DNA of 64,000 nt from Candidatus Bathyarchaeota archaeon (lineage in GTDB: Archaea > Thermoproteota > Bathyarchaeia > 40CM-2-53-6 > RBG-13-38-9): contig CAWECG010000001.1 of NCBI GenBank assembly GCA_963807605.1, positions 96,001-160,000 of the forward strand, in the 5' to 3' direction. This document shows, in pieces, positions 30,387-39,820 of this stretch. The translations under genes and the position numbers were made by a program. Each line of letters opens with the position of its first letter. Positions within the stretch are counted from its first letter, which is position 1. The notes under the pieces were generated by a model. The model had not been told where the DNA came from and did not search any database. It saw nothing but the letters and a program-made list of their open reading frames with translations.

Positions 30387-31439
30387 TTGCCCCTTCATTA
30401 CATGCAACTCCCTCGTGAGGTGATCGTCGGGACCGACGTGATAGGATCTCTGGGCGAAGTATGCCAGAAACTTGGTTTCCAAGGAAGCGCTCTGATCATC
30501 ACGGGTCCAAGGATGATGGAATTAGCTCGCCGAGATGTTACGCGTTCACTCCAAGAAGCATCGCTCTCCACCGGATACTTGACGGTGGAAGATGCAACAA
30601 TAGAATACGTCAAGATGGCTGAGGAGGAGATCGACAAAGACCGCCCATCGGTTGTGATAGGGTTGGGCGGAGGGAAGGATATAGATATTGCAAAGTTATC
30701 ATCGGCCAGCAGGAAGATACCTTTCATCAGTGTTCCCACCACGGCCTCTCACGATGGAATAGCGAGTTCCCATGCCTCGATTAAAGGGCTCGATAAGCCA
30801 TACTCCCTCAGGGGTCAGGCGCCTCTTGCTATACTTGCTGATATCTCGGTCATTGCCAAATCACCGTACAGATTGATTGCGAGCGGTTGCGGAGACATCG
30901 TAGCGAAATATACGGCAGTAAGGGACTGGAGGCTAGCACGGAAGGTGAAAGGCGAGTATTACGGTGACTATGCCGCTGAACTGGCACTCATGAGCGCTAG
31001 GCTAGTGACGCGAAATGCCGGAACGTTAAGGAGTCTTGGCGAGGGAGCCGTCAGAACTGTCGTCGAGGCATTGATCAGCTGCGGGGTCGCAATAAGCATA
31101 GCTGGAAGCAGCAGGCCCTGTAGCGGGTCAGAGCATATGTTCAGCCATGCCTTAACTATGATAGCGCCAAAACCTGCACTTCATGGTGAGCAGTGTGGTG
31201 TTGGTGCAATAATGAGCGCCTATCTTCAGAAGGGCAATTGGAGGCTCATAAGAGAAGTATTGAGAAAGATCGGGGCTCCCACGAATTCTGACCAGTTGGA
31301 AATAGATGAAAGGTACATAGTAGAGGCCCTCACCATGATCCCTAAGGTTAGGCCTGAAAGATACACCATTTTCGGTGAGAAGGGCCTCACCATTCGTCAG
31401 GCTGAGAGGCTTGCAAAAAGATCGCGGGTCATATCTTAA
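30387..31439 (+). CDS. egsA: sn-glycerol-1-phosphate dehydrogenase
   Basis: GGGKDID, PTTASHDG, SRPCSGSEH and LHGEQCG motifs. Confidence 0.96.
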   Translation: MPLHYMQLPREVIVGTDVIGSLGEVCQKLGFQGSALIITGPRMMELARRDVTRSLQEASLSTGYLTVEDATIEYVKMAEEEIDKDRPSVVIGLGGGKDIDIAKLSSASRKIPFISVPTTASHDGIASSHASIKGLDKPYSLRGQAPLAILADISVIAKSPYRLIASGCGDIVAKYTAVRDWRLARKVKGEYYGDYAAELALMSARLVTRNAGTLRSLGEGAVRTVVEALISCGVAISIAGSSRPCSGSEHMFSHALTMIAPKPALHGEQCGVGAIMSAYLQKGNWRLIREVLRKIGAPTNSDQLEIDERYIVEALTMIPKVRPERYTIFGEKGLTIRQAERLAKRSRVIS

Positions 31440-31469
31440 TTGTGCCTTGAGATTGATGCACAGATCGAG

Positions 31470-31694
31470 TCAGGTACTTGCCAAAGTCTCTGTACTTCTT
31501 ACGCCTTTCATTCCGTTTATCTGAGCGGTGATGGTCTTAAGTTCCTTGTACTCGGTGACCTCCATCAGCGCTACTATATCCCATCGTCCGTAAACCATGT
31601 AGGTCTTCCTGACTTGCTTGAACTTCTTCACTTCTGAAATCGTGTCCTCAATCCTTGTAGGGATAGTCTTGATCAAGACACAGGCGTTCAACAT
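31470..31694 (-). CDS. Stand-alone Lrp/AsnC ligand-binding (RAM) domain protein
   Basis: VYGRWDIVA...GVRSTETL; no HTH. Confidence 0.85.
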   Translation of the reverse strand: MLNACVLIKTIPTRIEDTISEVKKFKQVRKTYMVYGRWDIVALMEVTEYKELKTITAQINGMKGVRSTETLAST

Positions 31695-31936
31695 TACTTT
31701 CCACCCGCTGTCTTCATCTCAGGTAACGTCTCAGTGAATACAACGCCGCCGATCTTTCCCATCTTCGTGACTGTGGTTCCCAAGGTATCGTAGTCTGGAA
31801 CTTCGATATCCACGACTACATCATATCTTCCAAGAACAGCCATCACATTCCTTGTTTCTTTGAATTGTTTCATCCTCTCCACGACTTCGTCGAATCTTCC
31901 CCGTTCGGTTCTTATTAATATGCATGCGGAGATCAT
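31694..31936 (-). CDS. Stand-alone Lrp/AsnC ligand-binding (RAM) domain protein
   Basis: VLGRYDVVV...GVVFTETL; tandem paralog, translationally coupled. Confidence 0.85.
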   Translation of the reverse strand: MISACILIRTERGRFDEVVERMKQFKETRNVMAVLGRYDVVVDIEVPDYDTLGTTVTKMGKIGGVVFTETLPEMKTAGGK

Positions 31937-32295
31937 GATTCCATCATCCGTATCGTGTGCTGAACGCGCTATAAAACCACTTTCCCCGGCAGCAATTTGC
32001 CACCTATGGCAAGCATTTTGCGTAGATTGAATAACGCAAGCCGAGTCGCCCATGCAACTTTCCGGATGTTCACCCTATCCTCAGTTCAGACAAGCCCAGA
32101 AACAAGGTTTGCTCAGTACAAATTCCTTCACACTGTGCGGCAATCCGATTTCTCAGGAATTGATTACCCGCACTTTCAATAAAGATTGAGCAGCGAGACC
32201 ATTAATTTCTGTGGTATCAAAGCCGGAAGAACTATAACGGTCTGGAAAAGCATATCGTCGTGTTTTGGAGGGAGATCTGACGGCGGCTGGAGACT

Positions 32296-32898
32296 ATGAC
32301 TGAAGATAAAGGCTCATGTGCGTACTTGACTTTCGTTACGAGTAATCCGAACAAGGTGACTGAAGTAAGGCAAATCTTAAGGGAATTCTCGATCGCTTTC
32401 GAGCATTTGAATCTAAAATATCCTGAGATTCAGTCAAGCTCTCTGAGGAAGATTGCTTCCGTCAGTGCCAGATATCTCCATAAGAGACTGAAACGTCCCC
32501 TGTTTATCGAAGACTCCGGCCTCTTCATAGATGCCTTGGGGGGGTTTCCAGGACCATACTCTTCATACGCTCAGAAGACTATCGGAAATCTTGGTATCTT
32601 AAAACTCATGTCGAATATTCGACAGAGAACTGCACGGTTTGAGTCTGTAATCGCATACATCGGGACCGGTTGTGATGTCCGTCTCTTCTCGGGAATCGCT
32701 GAAGGGAGCATATCTTCAGAGGCTAGGGGTGTTAGGTGGGGTTTTGATCCTATCTTCATTCCTCATGGTTCCCGCCAGACATTTAGCGAGATGGGTGCGG
32801 AAGGAAAACAGAAGGTTTCTCACAGGAGAATTGCGGTTGAGAAATTTGGAATATGGACTTGGGAACGAACAGACCGCGCCGTTAACTCCTTTCGCTGA
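32296..32898 (+). CDS. rdgB: Non-canonical purine NTP pyrophosphatase (RdgB/Ham1)
   Basis: TSNPNK, EIQ, EDSGL, GFPGPYS, GFDPIF and SHR motifs. Confidence 0.95.
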   Translation: MTEDKGSCAYLTFVTSNPNKVTEVRQILREFSIAFEHLNLKYPEIQSSSLRKIASVSARYLHKRLKRPLFIEDSGLFIDALGGFPGPYSSYAQKTIGNLGILKLMSNIRQRTARFESVIAYIGTGCDVRLFSGIAEGSISSEARGVRWGFDPIFIPHGSRQTFSEMGAEGKQKVSHRRIAVEKFGIWTWERTDRAVNSFR

Positions 32899-33520
32899 AG
32901 TATCTGCCTCGATACGCTATCTCTCTGACTTTATCTAACACTTTTGAGGTGGCCTCTGCTCCAACAGTCTTCCTGTAGCCTGTCAATATCAATCTCATGG
33001 ATTCATGTGCGTGTCTGTAATGTGTACTGTTGAGAGCCCTGCTCATCAAGTGAAGGTCGACCCCTTTATCCTCCTCGCTGATCGAGTGAAAACTCAGTCC
33101 GAAGTCTATTAGGAAGACTTTCTCCTCGTTTACATAAATCATGTTGGAGGTTGTAAGATCTCCGTGTATCAGAGAAGCCTTGTGAAGTTGCCCTATCTCA
33201 CTTCCGATCCTTTGACAAAGCTGATCTCAATCCTTGCTGTTCAATCCATCTAGGATTTCCTTGACTCTGGCTCCCTCTAGATACTCCATAACTAGACTCA
33301 CATTATCTATATCGACAAGATATATGATAGGAGTGGGAACGGATGCTCTTTTGGCCTCGTGGATGTTCTCAGCTTCGCGTACGGTTCTTGAGACTCTCAG
33401 TCTGTGATCGAGGCTTGGATGTCTGTAAGACTTCGGTAACCTTATCTTGATTATGACCTCTCTACCGTACCAGCTTTCACGGTAAAGGTCTGCCTCAGCG
33501 CCCTTCTTAAAGAGCTTCAT
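32882..33520 (-). CDS. bud32: KEOPS kinase Bud32, interrupted by one in-frame TGA at 33227-33229
   Basis: KGAEA...EYLEG...NSKD*DQLCQRIG...HGDLTTSN...IDFGL in one continuous 213-codon frame. Confidence 0.9.
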
Positions 33521-34519
33521 CTACTGCCCCCTCCAGGTGACTTTGACTTGATCTAACCTCCAGCGGGGTCTCACCATGCTATCCTCAACATTTACAGTGA
33601 CGCCACTGCGAAACGCTAGGATTCCATTCCAAGCAATCTGAGCGCCAGAGTCTCCACTGAATCTTCTTTCCACCGCGCAGAATTCTATGCCGTGCTCCTT
33701 AGCAATAGACTTTAACATGGATTGGAATCTTTCATTGGCTGCAACGCCCCCAGTGAGTAGAAGTTCTTTCTTTTCAGTGTGGGCTAGGGAACGTTCACTA
33801 GCCTCTGCCATCATTGCTAGTGCAACCTCCTGAAGAGAAAAACATAGATCGGGCAATGGCACGCCTTTCTTGGACAAGCGCAATGCCGCAGACAAAAGGC
33901 CAGAGTATGCGACATCATTCCCTTTTACAGTATACGGAAGATCTATCAGCTCCTTGCCTTCTCTAGCCACTCTCTCAACCTCCGGTCCCCCGGGGGTAGC
34001 AAGACCTGTGGCCCTCGCAAACATGTCAAAGAGATTCCCAATCGTAATATCTTCAGTCTCTCCATAGATGCGCCATCTCTCAGCGGCGTAGGCTGCTATG
34101 GCTGTATGCCCGCCGGAAACAAGGATAACCAGAGGATCCATCATATGCGTCGTCAGGCAGCCGATTTCTATGTGCGCCAGAGCGTGATTAACCGGCACAA
34201 GGGGCTTCTTGAAGTAGACCGAGAGAGCTCTGGCGGTAGTCGCGCCTACTCTTAGACATGGACCTAGCCCCGGCCCGCAAGAGAACGCTATGGCATCAAG
34301 TTGCTTCGCTCTTACCCGAGCTTTCCTCAATGCCTCCAGAATGACCTTATCTGCTTTGCTGTTGTGATGTTGTGCCGCTTCACTTGGATGTATGCCCTTT
34401 CCGACAGGAGGTACGTAGACTTCCCTGATGTCGGAGAGGATCATTCCATCGCTGGAAGCGATCGCCGCTCCGAACGTATGTGCTGTAGATTCGATTCCTA
34501 GACAGAGTAACTTCTTCAT
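33521..34519 (-). CDS. kae1: tRNA N6-adenosine threonylcarbamoyltransferase Kae1
   Basis: GIESTAHT, GPGLGPCL, VNHALAHIE, VSGGHT and GGVAAN motifs. Confidence 0.96.
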   Translation of the reverse strand: MKKLLCLGIESTAHTFGAAIASSDGMILSDIREVYVPPVGKGIHPSEAAQHHNSKADKVILEALRKARVRAKQLDAIAFSCGPGLGPCLRVGATTARALSVYFKKPLVPVNHALAHIEIGCLTTHMMDPLVILVSGGHTAIAAYAAERWRIYGETEDITIGNLFDMFARATGLATPGGPEVERVAREGKELIDLPYTVKGNDVAYSGLLSAALRLSKKGVPLPDLCFSLQEVALAMMAEASERSLAHTEKKELLLTGGVAANERFQSMLKSIAKEHGIEFCAVERRFSGDSGAQIAWNGILAFRSGVTVNVEDSMVRPRWRLDQVKVTWRGQ

Positions 34520-34638
34520 CTGGTATCTACCAGTCACTGTCCCTTGAGTTCAATAAATCAATTGCAACATCTGCTGGAAAGGTTAAAGTAAACGGTTTCT
34601 TCAATAAGGTAGGCACTTAGATTTTGGGATGAAAAACA

Positions 34639-35874
34639 TTGAGCTCTCCGCCGGTCCAGCCTGAAATCAACATTGGCACTCTAGGGCATGTTGATAATGG
34701 TAAGAGCACTCTGGTGCAGGCATTGACAGGAGTATGGACCGCGAGGCACTCGGAGGAGCTCAGAAGAGGCATTACGATCAGGATAGGTTATGCAGATGCC
34801 TATTTCTACAAGTGCTCTTCCCACAGGGGAGCAGCGGCGTTCAGCACCAAGAAGGCATGCCCCATCTGCGGGGCAGAGACGAAGTTTCTGAGAGGCGTGA
34901 GTTTCATAGATTGTCCCGGACATCACAGCCTAATGGTGACGATGCTTTCAGGCGCCGCCTTAATGGATGGTGCACTATTTGTTGTCGCAGCGGATGCGAA
35001 GTTTCCCCAAGCTCAGGATCGGGAGCACCTGTTGGCTGCCGAGATGGCCGGAATCAAGAAGTTGATAATTGTTCAGAATAAGATAGACGTGGTTAACCGA
35101 GAACGTGCAATTAAAAATATGCAAGAGATCCAAGAATTCGTCAAGGGTAGGCCTGCAGAGAAGGCTTCCGTAATTCCTGTGTCAGCCCAGCACGGAATTA
35201 ACATCGATTTACTGATAGAGGCAATTAACCACGAGATCCCAACGCCGAAGAGAAACCCCTCAGCCACACCTCAACTATACGTTCTGAGATCGTTCGATAT
35301 CAACAAGCCAGGCACAAGAGCAGAGCAACTACACGGTGGGGTAATAGGCGGATCGATCGTTCAAGGGATCTTTCACCGTGACGACCAAATTGAGATAAGA
35401 CCCGGCTTAAGAATGGAGAGCGGCGGCAAGACTTTCTACCAACCAATATTCACTCAGATAAGAAGTCTTCATGTCAGCCAAGGTGAAGTTGAACAGTCCA
35501 GTGCGGGCGGTTTAGTTGGAGTGGGCACATCCCTCTGTCCCTCCGTGACCAAGGCGGATAGTCTAGTGGGGAGTTTAGTCGGAAAAGAAGGCGGCCTTCC
35601 AGCCGCGCTCGACAAGGTGACACTCGATGTTGAGCTGTTTGAGAGGGCTGTTGGCACAGAGGAGCTTGTGACCGTTGAAAAAATCAGGACGAATGAGCCC
35701 CTTGTTCTCAACGTTGCGACTGCTGTGACGTCGGGGGTTGTTACCTCTGCACGGGAGGACGTGATTGACGTACAGTTAAAGCGTCCAATCTGTGCAGATT
35801 CCAGCTTCAAAGCCGCCCTTAGCAGAAGAATAGGTGATAGCTGGCGGCTGATCGGTTATGGAACTTTCAAGTGA
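34639..35874 (+). CDS. eif2g: Translation initiation factor 2 subunit gamma
   Basis: QPEINIG, GHVDNGKS, RGITIRIGY, DCPGH, QNKID and RSFDINKPG motifs. Confidence 0.97.
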   Translation: MSSPPVQPEINIGTLGHVDNGKSTLVQALTGVWTARHSEELRRGITIRIGYADAYFYKCSSHRGAAAFSTKKACPICGAETKFLRGVSFIDCPGHHSLMVTMLSGAALMDGALFVVAADAKFPQAQDREHLLAAEMAGIKKLIIVQNKIDVVNRERAIKNMQEIQEFVKGRPAEKASVIPVSAQHGINIDLLIEAINHEIPTPKRNPSATPQLYVLRSFDINKPGTRAEQLHGGVIGGSIVQGIFHRDDQIEIRPGLRMESGGKTFYQPIFTQIRSLHVSQGEVEQSSAGGLVGVGTSLCPSVTKADSLVGSLVGKEGGLPAALDKVTLDVELFERAVGTEELVTVEKIRTNEPLVLNVATAVTSGVVTSAREDVIDVQLKRPICADSSFKAALSRRIGDSWRLIGYGTFK

Positions 35875-36419
35875 TTAGCCGATACGCTTTTGTCATCTTT
35901 AATCTCATTGTCAATTTGATATGGTTAAGGATGACACGGTCATAAGAAGAAGTCGTTTCATTAGCCTTTTTCTTTTGTCAGTGTTAGAGTTCGGTGAGGA
36001 ACTTCAAAGATATTTTTGGCATTTATGGTCGATTCATCTACATGCAACTTTCGTTCGAGCATCGTGTCGTGCTAGGAGCATTGGAAAGATAACGGTATTT
36101 CGCTGAGTGTTTTCTTTCTTGTGTCATTTCTTCTTTTTCAGTTTTAGTATTCGCAATTGATCGTCGGTCAGTGGAGGCACTCTGAAAGCGGGTTTCCCAG
36201 TTTCTCCAAGTTGGGATAAAGGCAAATTGGCCTTTTTCTCGTACTCATTAGCGTATCCATATCCTTTGTTGCTCTATGGCACTTGCGTCAATTCCGTGAG
36301 ATGTTTTCTTTAGTCGAAGGAGACCTTCTCTCTTTAGTTCCTCGATTGCCTGAGAAACGTAAGATTTGTATTCCAATGGACAGCTTTTTCCCAGGTTTAG
36401 CGTGCGCTGTGAAGGTCAA

Positions 36420-37778
36420 TCAGCGGAAAGTTTCAGCTTGCGTCTGTCTCAGCTTCAATAGGAAGGATTCTTCGTTCAATTTGACATCGTCGTAGGTGAT
36501 TACCATGTCTCTAGAAATCGTTCTTTTTACTTGGATACCATCGGCGAAGCCAAGAGGCAGCAAATTCTCCTTTGTAGCAGTATCTGCTTCTTCTGCGAGC
36601 CCATAAATCGTATATCCTCCAGAGCCGTCCAGCACATCTCCCGGCTTCAGATTCCTCTTGGCTGCAGTTATAACCTCTGCGACGGGTCTAGTAGGTAGTG
36701 GTGCTCCAGTCGGTTGTTCAAATAATGCTGCTCGGATCAGCGAGATCGACGCTTCGAGACCTGCTAGATGGTGTGGTCTGAATATGAGAGCATTTTTTCC
36801 TCCCATAGAGCAACCGTAGCTCCCTAGGATTTTCATTACTTCTCTATCTTCGCTAGTAATCACAACGAAGACGCCCCACCGTAGATTATCCTCAATTCTT
36901 TGGCCGTCCTGGCTGTCCCATGGGATAACCTCGGTGACACCTTCGCTCTCAAGTATTCCCCCCTCTTTCTTTAAACTTAGTACTTTAGGAATCTCTTTTT
37001 TTGGTACTGAAGAAAAGTGCATTCCTCTAATATCCGGTTTCAAGCCTGTTGCGTTGCAGACCGCGGTCATTTCTACGGCACATTTTGTTGTGTCGATGAA
37101 GCTGTTATACATCTTCAGGTTTGGCCGCAGACGTTTAATTTCCTCCTGCGTCCAACCGAACCTTGGGAGTGCATCATCAGGCGTCAAATGTCTCCATTCC
37201 AATCTGGCGGCAGTCCCTTCACCTGCAGCTACAACTCTAAATCCTGAGGATACAGCCCAATCGTAGAGTTCAACTATTACAGCTGGCTGATCCCCGTAAG
37301 CCATACTGTAAACTACGCCTTCCTCCTTCGCCATCTTAGCTAAGAGCGGCCCAACTACAACTTCGGCTTCAACCGTAGCCATCACCACATGTTTCTTATT
37401 CTTTATAGCGTGGTAGGCGTGTCTAGCTCCTGCTTCCGCACTTCCCGTAGCTTCAAGGATAACATCGACATCGCTCTCCATCACCACTTGGCTATTGCCT
37501 GTGATTACGGGGACCCTCTTCTCGATAAAATGGTTCGCAGCATCGACGTCTTTAACTTCAGCTATCTCGTTAGGCTTATGACCAGCGGATACATACCCTT
37601 GAATCGCTCTCTCTTTCTCTATATCCGCTACCATAGAGATGTCTATACCTGGGATCTTCGCTACTTGTCTCATTACTGAAACGCCGAAAAAGCCCGCGCC
37701 AATAATCCCAGCCTTAATCGGCTTGTTGGTCTCCTCAAGTTTCCTAAGCTTGAGCCATGTAACAGTGCTCATCTTCAT
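36420..37778 (-). CDS. NAD(P)-dependent oxidoreductase with C-terminal SAF domain (homoserine dehydrogenase-like, COG4091)
   Basis: IGAGFFG, EATG, GDQP, EMTAVCNATGL, RPHHL and LDGSGGY motifs. Confidence 0.85.
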   Translation of the reverse strand: MKMSTVTWLKLRKLEETNKPIKAGIIGAGFFGVSVMRQVAKIPGIDISMVADIEKERAIQGYVSAGHKPNEIAEVKDVDAANHFIEKRVPVITGNSQVVMESDVDVILEATGSAEAGARHAYHAIKNKKHVVMATVEAEVVVGPLLAKMAKEEGVVYSMAYGDQPAVIVELYDWAVSSGFRVVAAGEGTAARLEWRHLTPDDALPRFGWTQEEIKRLRPNLKMYNSFIDTTKCAVEMTAVCNATGLKPDIRGMHFSSVPKKEIPKVLSLKKEGGILESEGVTEVIPWDSQDGQRIEDNLRWGVFVVITSEDREVMKILGSYGCSMGGKNALIFRPHHLAGLEASISLIRAALFEQPTGAPLPTRPVAEVITAAKRNLKPGDVLDGSGGYTIYGLAEEADTATKENLLPLGFADGIQVKRTISRDMVITYDDVKLNEESFLLKLRQTQAETFR

Positions 37779-38599
37779 ATCGCCATCAAATAATTAGAGT
37801 CCAAGTAATCAAAGGTAAAACAATCAATAGAAGAATAAAGCTTCTCCCAATTGGGTGGAGGGCTACTGAACGAAAATTTGTTAATTTGCTCTGTGAGAAG
37901 CTTCCAGAAAATGTGCGCATTATGACTGTAGCTAGGAATCAGGATGAGGCAGCAAAATCAAATCAAGAATTGCAGAAAGCATTCAACCATCCAAACTACG
38001 AGTCGACCCTCAGAAGTATATGGTAGAAATGAAGGGTCGATTCTGACCAATGAGTCTATTGCTTCTTGGGCTTTGTGAGGTGTACTTTGAGTTTGGAATC
38101 TCTAAAAGAGACATCGATGTGTGGGGAAAGCCCCCTGATGTTGACTATTACCAAAACATCGAAGTCAAGAACAGAAGAGATCCACTCAAAGAGGCTGAAC
38201 TAGAGAACCAACAACATCAATTTACTACTAACTCCAGATGAAGCATACAAGAAGTAGAGAATACTTGAGTAAGAAGAACAAAGGTAATGCTACAAGCCTG
38301 ATAATACTAGGCATAATGATATTTGGCATAGCTTTGATGGCTAATGCTGTGGGTAACATTGTTTTTCCAAGTACTGCTAGCATGGCTGAAGCCTATAGTG
38401 GATAGTATTGAAGCGTTGATGCTTGATCTTCTATACTATAATTCACCTTTAGCCTATGGTTAGAATAGCTAGAAGAACTTATCATCATATGATTAATCCT
38501 TCAATAATGCCTATGGATGATGATTAGCGTGTCTTCAGCATCTAGGATATAGTACTTCAGTATCTCAAAGTGCCTCTATGGTATATATTTAATGATACA

Positions 38600-38960
38600 T
38601 GCAAGCATACTGAAGCCTCAAAAGTGTAGCTGGCAAGCCTTAGCATTAAGCTTGCCAAAGCTTACCGAAGCCTTCTGAAGCTTACTAGGCTTATGTGGTG
38701 TATTAGTATCCAGTTCTGGTGAATGCTAGGGAAGCATACCGATAAGCTTCGACAAGCTTGATCAAGCCTAAGCCTTTCGAAGCATTGAAGCATCTAAGTG
38801 TATCAGAATGTGTTAAAGTGTCTTTAAAGTGCTACACAATGCTCTCATAGTGCTTCTAAAGTGCTCTTTGATCATGCGAGATCGTGGGATTCTACATCTT
38901 TCGAGGGTGGAGATGTGCTAGTACCATGTAATTTTACTAGTACCATGTAATTGCTCAGAA
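38600..38960. repeat. Helically phased short repeats and a 16-bp tandem direct repeat
   Basis: AAGCYT at 38648/38658/38668/38678; AAGC at 38744/38754/38764; TAAAGTG-like at ~11-bp period 38814-38857; CTAGTACCATGTAATT at 38918 and 38937. Confidence 0.7.
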
Positions 38961-39075
38961 CCATATACGGTCTAGACAGTACTCTATTGTACAAACTACT
39001 ATTATACTTGAGTAAGTATTGTACTCGGTACTTTAGTAAAGCAGTAGTCTTTAGGCAGCAAGACCCTTTTCAAAG

Positions 39076-39157
39076 GTGCTCACCTAGGGACACAAAATAG
39101 TCTGCTCTAACGGTTCAAATCCGAATGCTCTCACCAGCTATGGCACACACACACAAT
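39076..39157 (+). repeat. Island repeat copies 1-2 (GGTTCAAAT-N5-TGCTCTCACCAGCTATGGCACACAC family)
   Basis: GTGCTCACCTAGGGACAC at 39076; full copy at 39112-39157. Confidence 0.8.
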
Positions 39158-39186
39158 AATATCCGATAGCGCACGCTAAGGCTTGA

Positions 39187-39342
39187 CTATACTTTATGAT
39201 GAATCTTCTCAAGCTTCTCCATAATCTCGCCTAGCTCCTTGATGATCTTGACTAGATTCGTATTTAGCATCTCAATTTCCGAATGGATACTATCGAGACA
39301 CCTCATCAACTCATTTGAGTCCACAGATCCAAATTCCGGCAG
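39187..39342 (-). CDS. Small coiled-coil hypothetical protein (51 aa, CTG start)
   Basis: Strong RBS GGAGGTGAGG before CTG; LPEFGSVDSNELMRCLDSIHSEIEMLNTNLVKIIKELGEIMEKLEKIHHKV. Confidence 0.45.
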   Translation of the reverse strand: MPEFGSVDSNELMRCLDSIHSEIEMLNTNLVKIIKELGEIMEKLEKIHHKV

Positions 39343-39432
39343 GTCTCCTCACCTCCATATTCTTTATTCTGTATTAGCATGAGTTTGGCCCTATACTGCT
39401 CCTCAGCAGCCTTGATGATCTTCTCCCCGTTG

Positions 39433-39696
39433 CTACCAGTGAAAGAGATCTTTGAAGGCAACGATAATGTTCAGAGCGGTCAGTGCTATCAGAATGAGTG
39501 TGAGTCTGTTCAACCGGTCTGTCAGTTCATTCAGTCTCTCACTTGAATCATAGATCAGGTAGGTGGACAATAATAAGTAGGGGTCGTTACCTGCCAGTTC
39601 TTCGTATGCACTCAGGTTCTCTGCCAGCTTTCTAATACGTGGCCGAAGGACACTGGCAAGCTTCCTGGTGAGCTCTTCATGCTCTTTATACATCAC
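39433..39696 (-). CDS. Small hypothetical protein with C-terminal TM helix
   Basis: RBS AGGTG; SSERLNELTDRLNRLTLILIALTALNII coiled-coil plus TM pattern. Confidence 0.55.
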   Translation of the reverse strand: MMYKEHEELTRKLASVLRPRIRKLAENLSAYEELAGNDPYLLLSTYLIYDSSERLNELTDRLNRLTLILIALTALNIIVAFKDLFHW

Positions 39697-39820
39697 CTAG
39701 ACTCCTCTATCAGTGCGAGTCTGGCTCCCCAGTACTTCTCTGCAGCCTTGGCAAGTTTCTTCATGGCCGGTAGGTTCGTCAGCGCGAGCGCTTAAGGAAA
39801 TCCTCTAGCGAGTGTGGTGC

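Noticed and set aside
31940-32290. Intergenic region as RNase P, SRP or another structured RNA
   Set aside because: No recognisable conserved motifs or extensive GC-rich stems.
33227-33229. bud32 TGA as selenocysteine or as part of an intron
   Set aside because: The position is not a conserved Cys site, the protein has no extra length to splice out, and no BHB was found.
38265-38405. 46-aa hydrophobic ORF (MSKKNKGNATSLIILGIMIFG...) as a pilin or viral coat protein
   Set aside because: The class III signal match is poor and the ORF is too short to support without a homology search.
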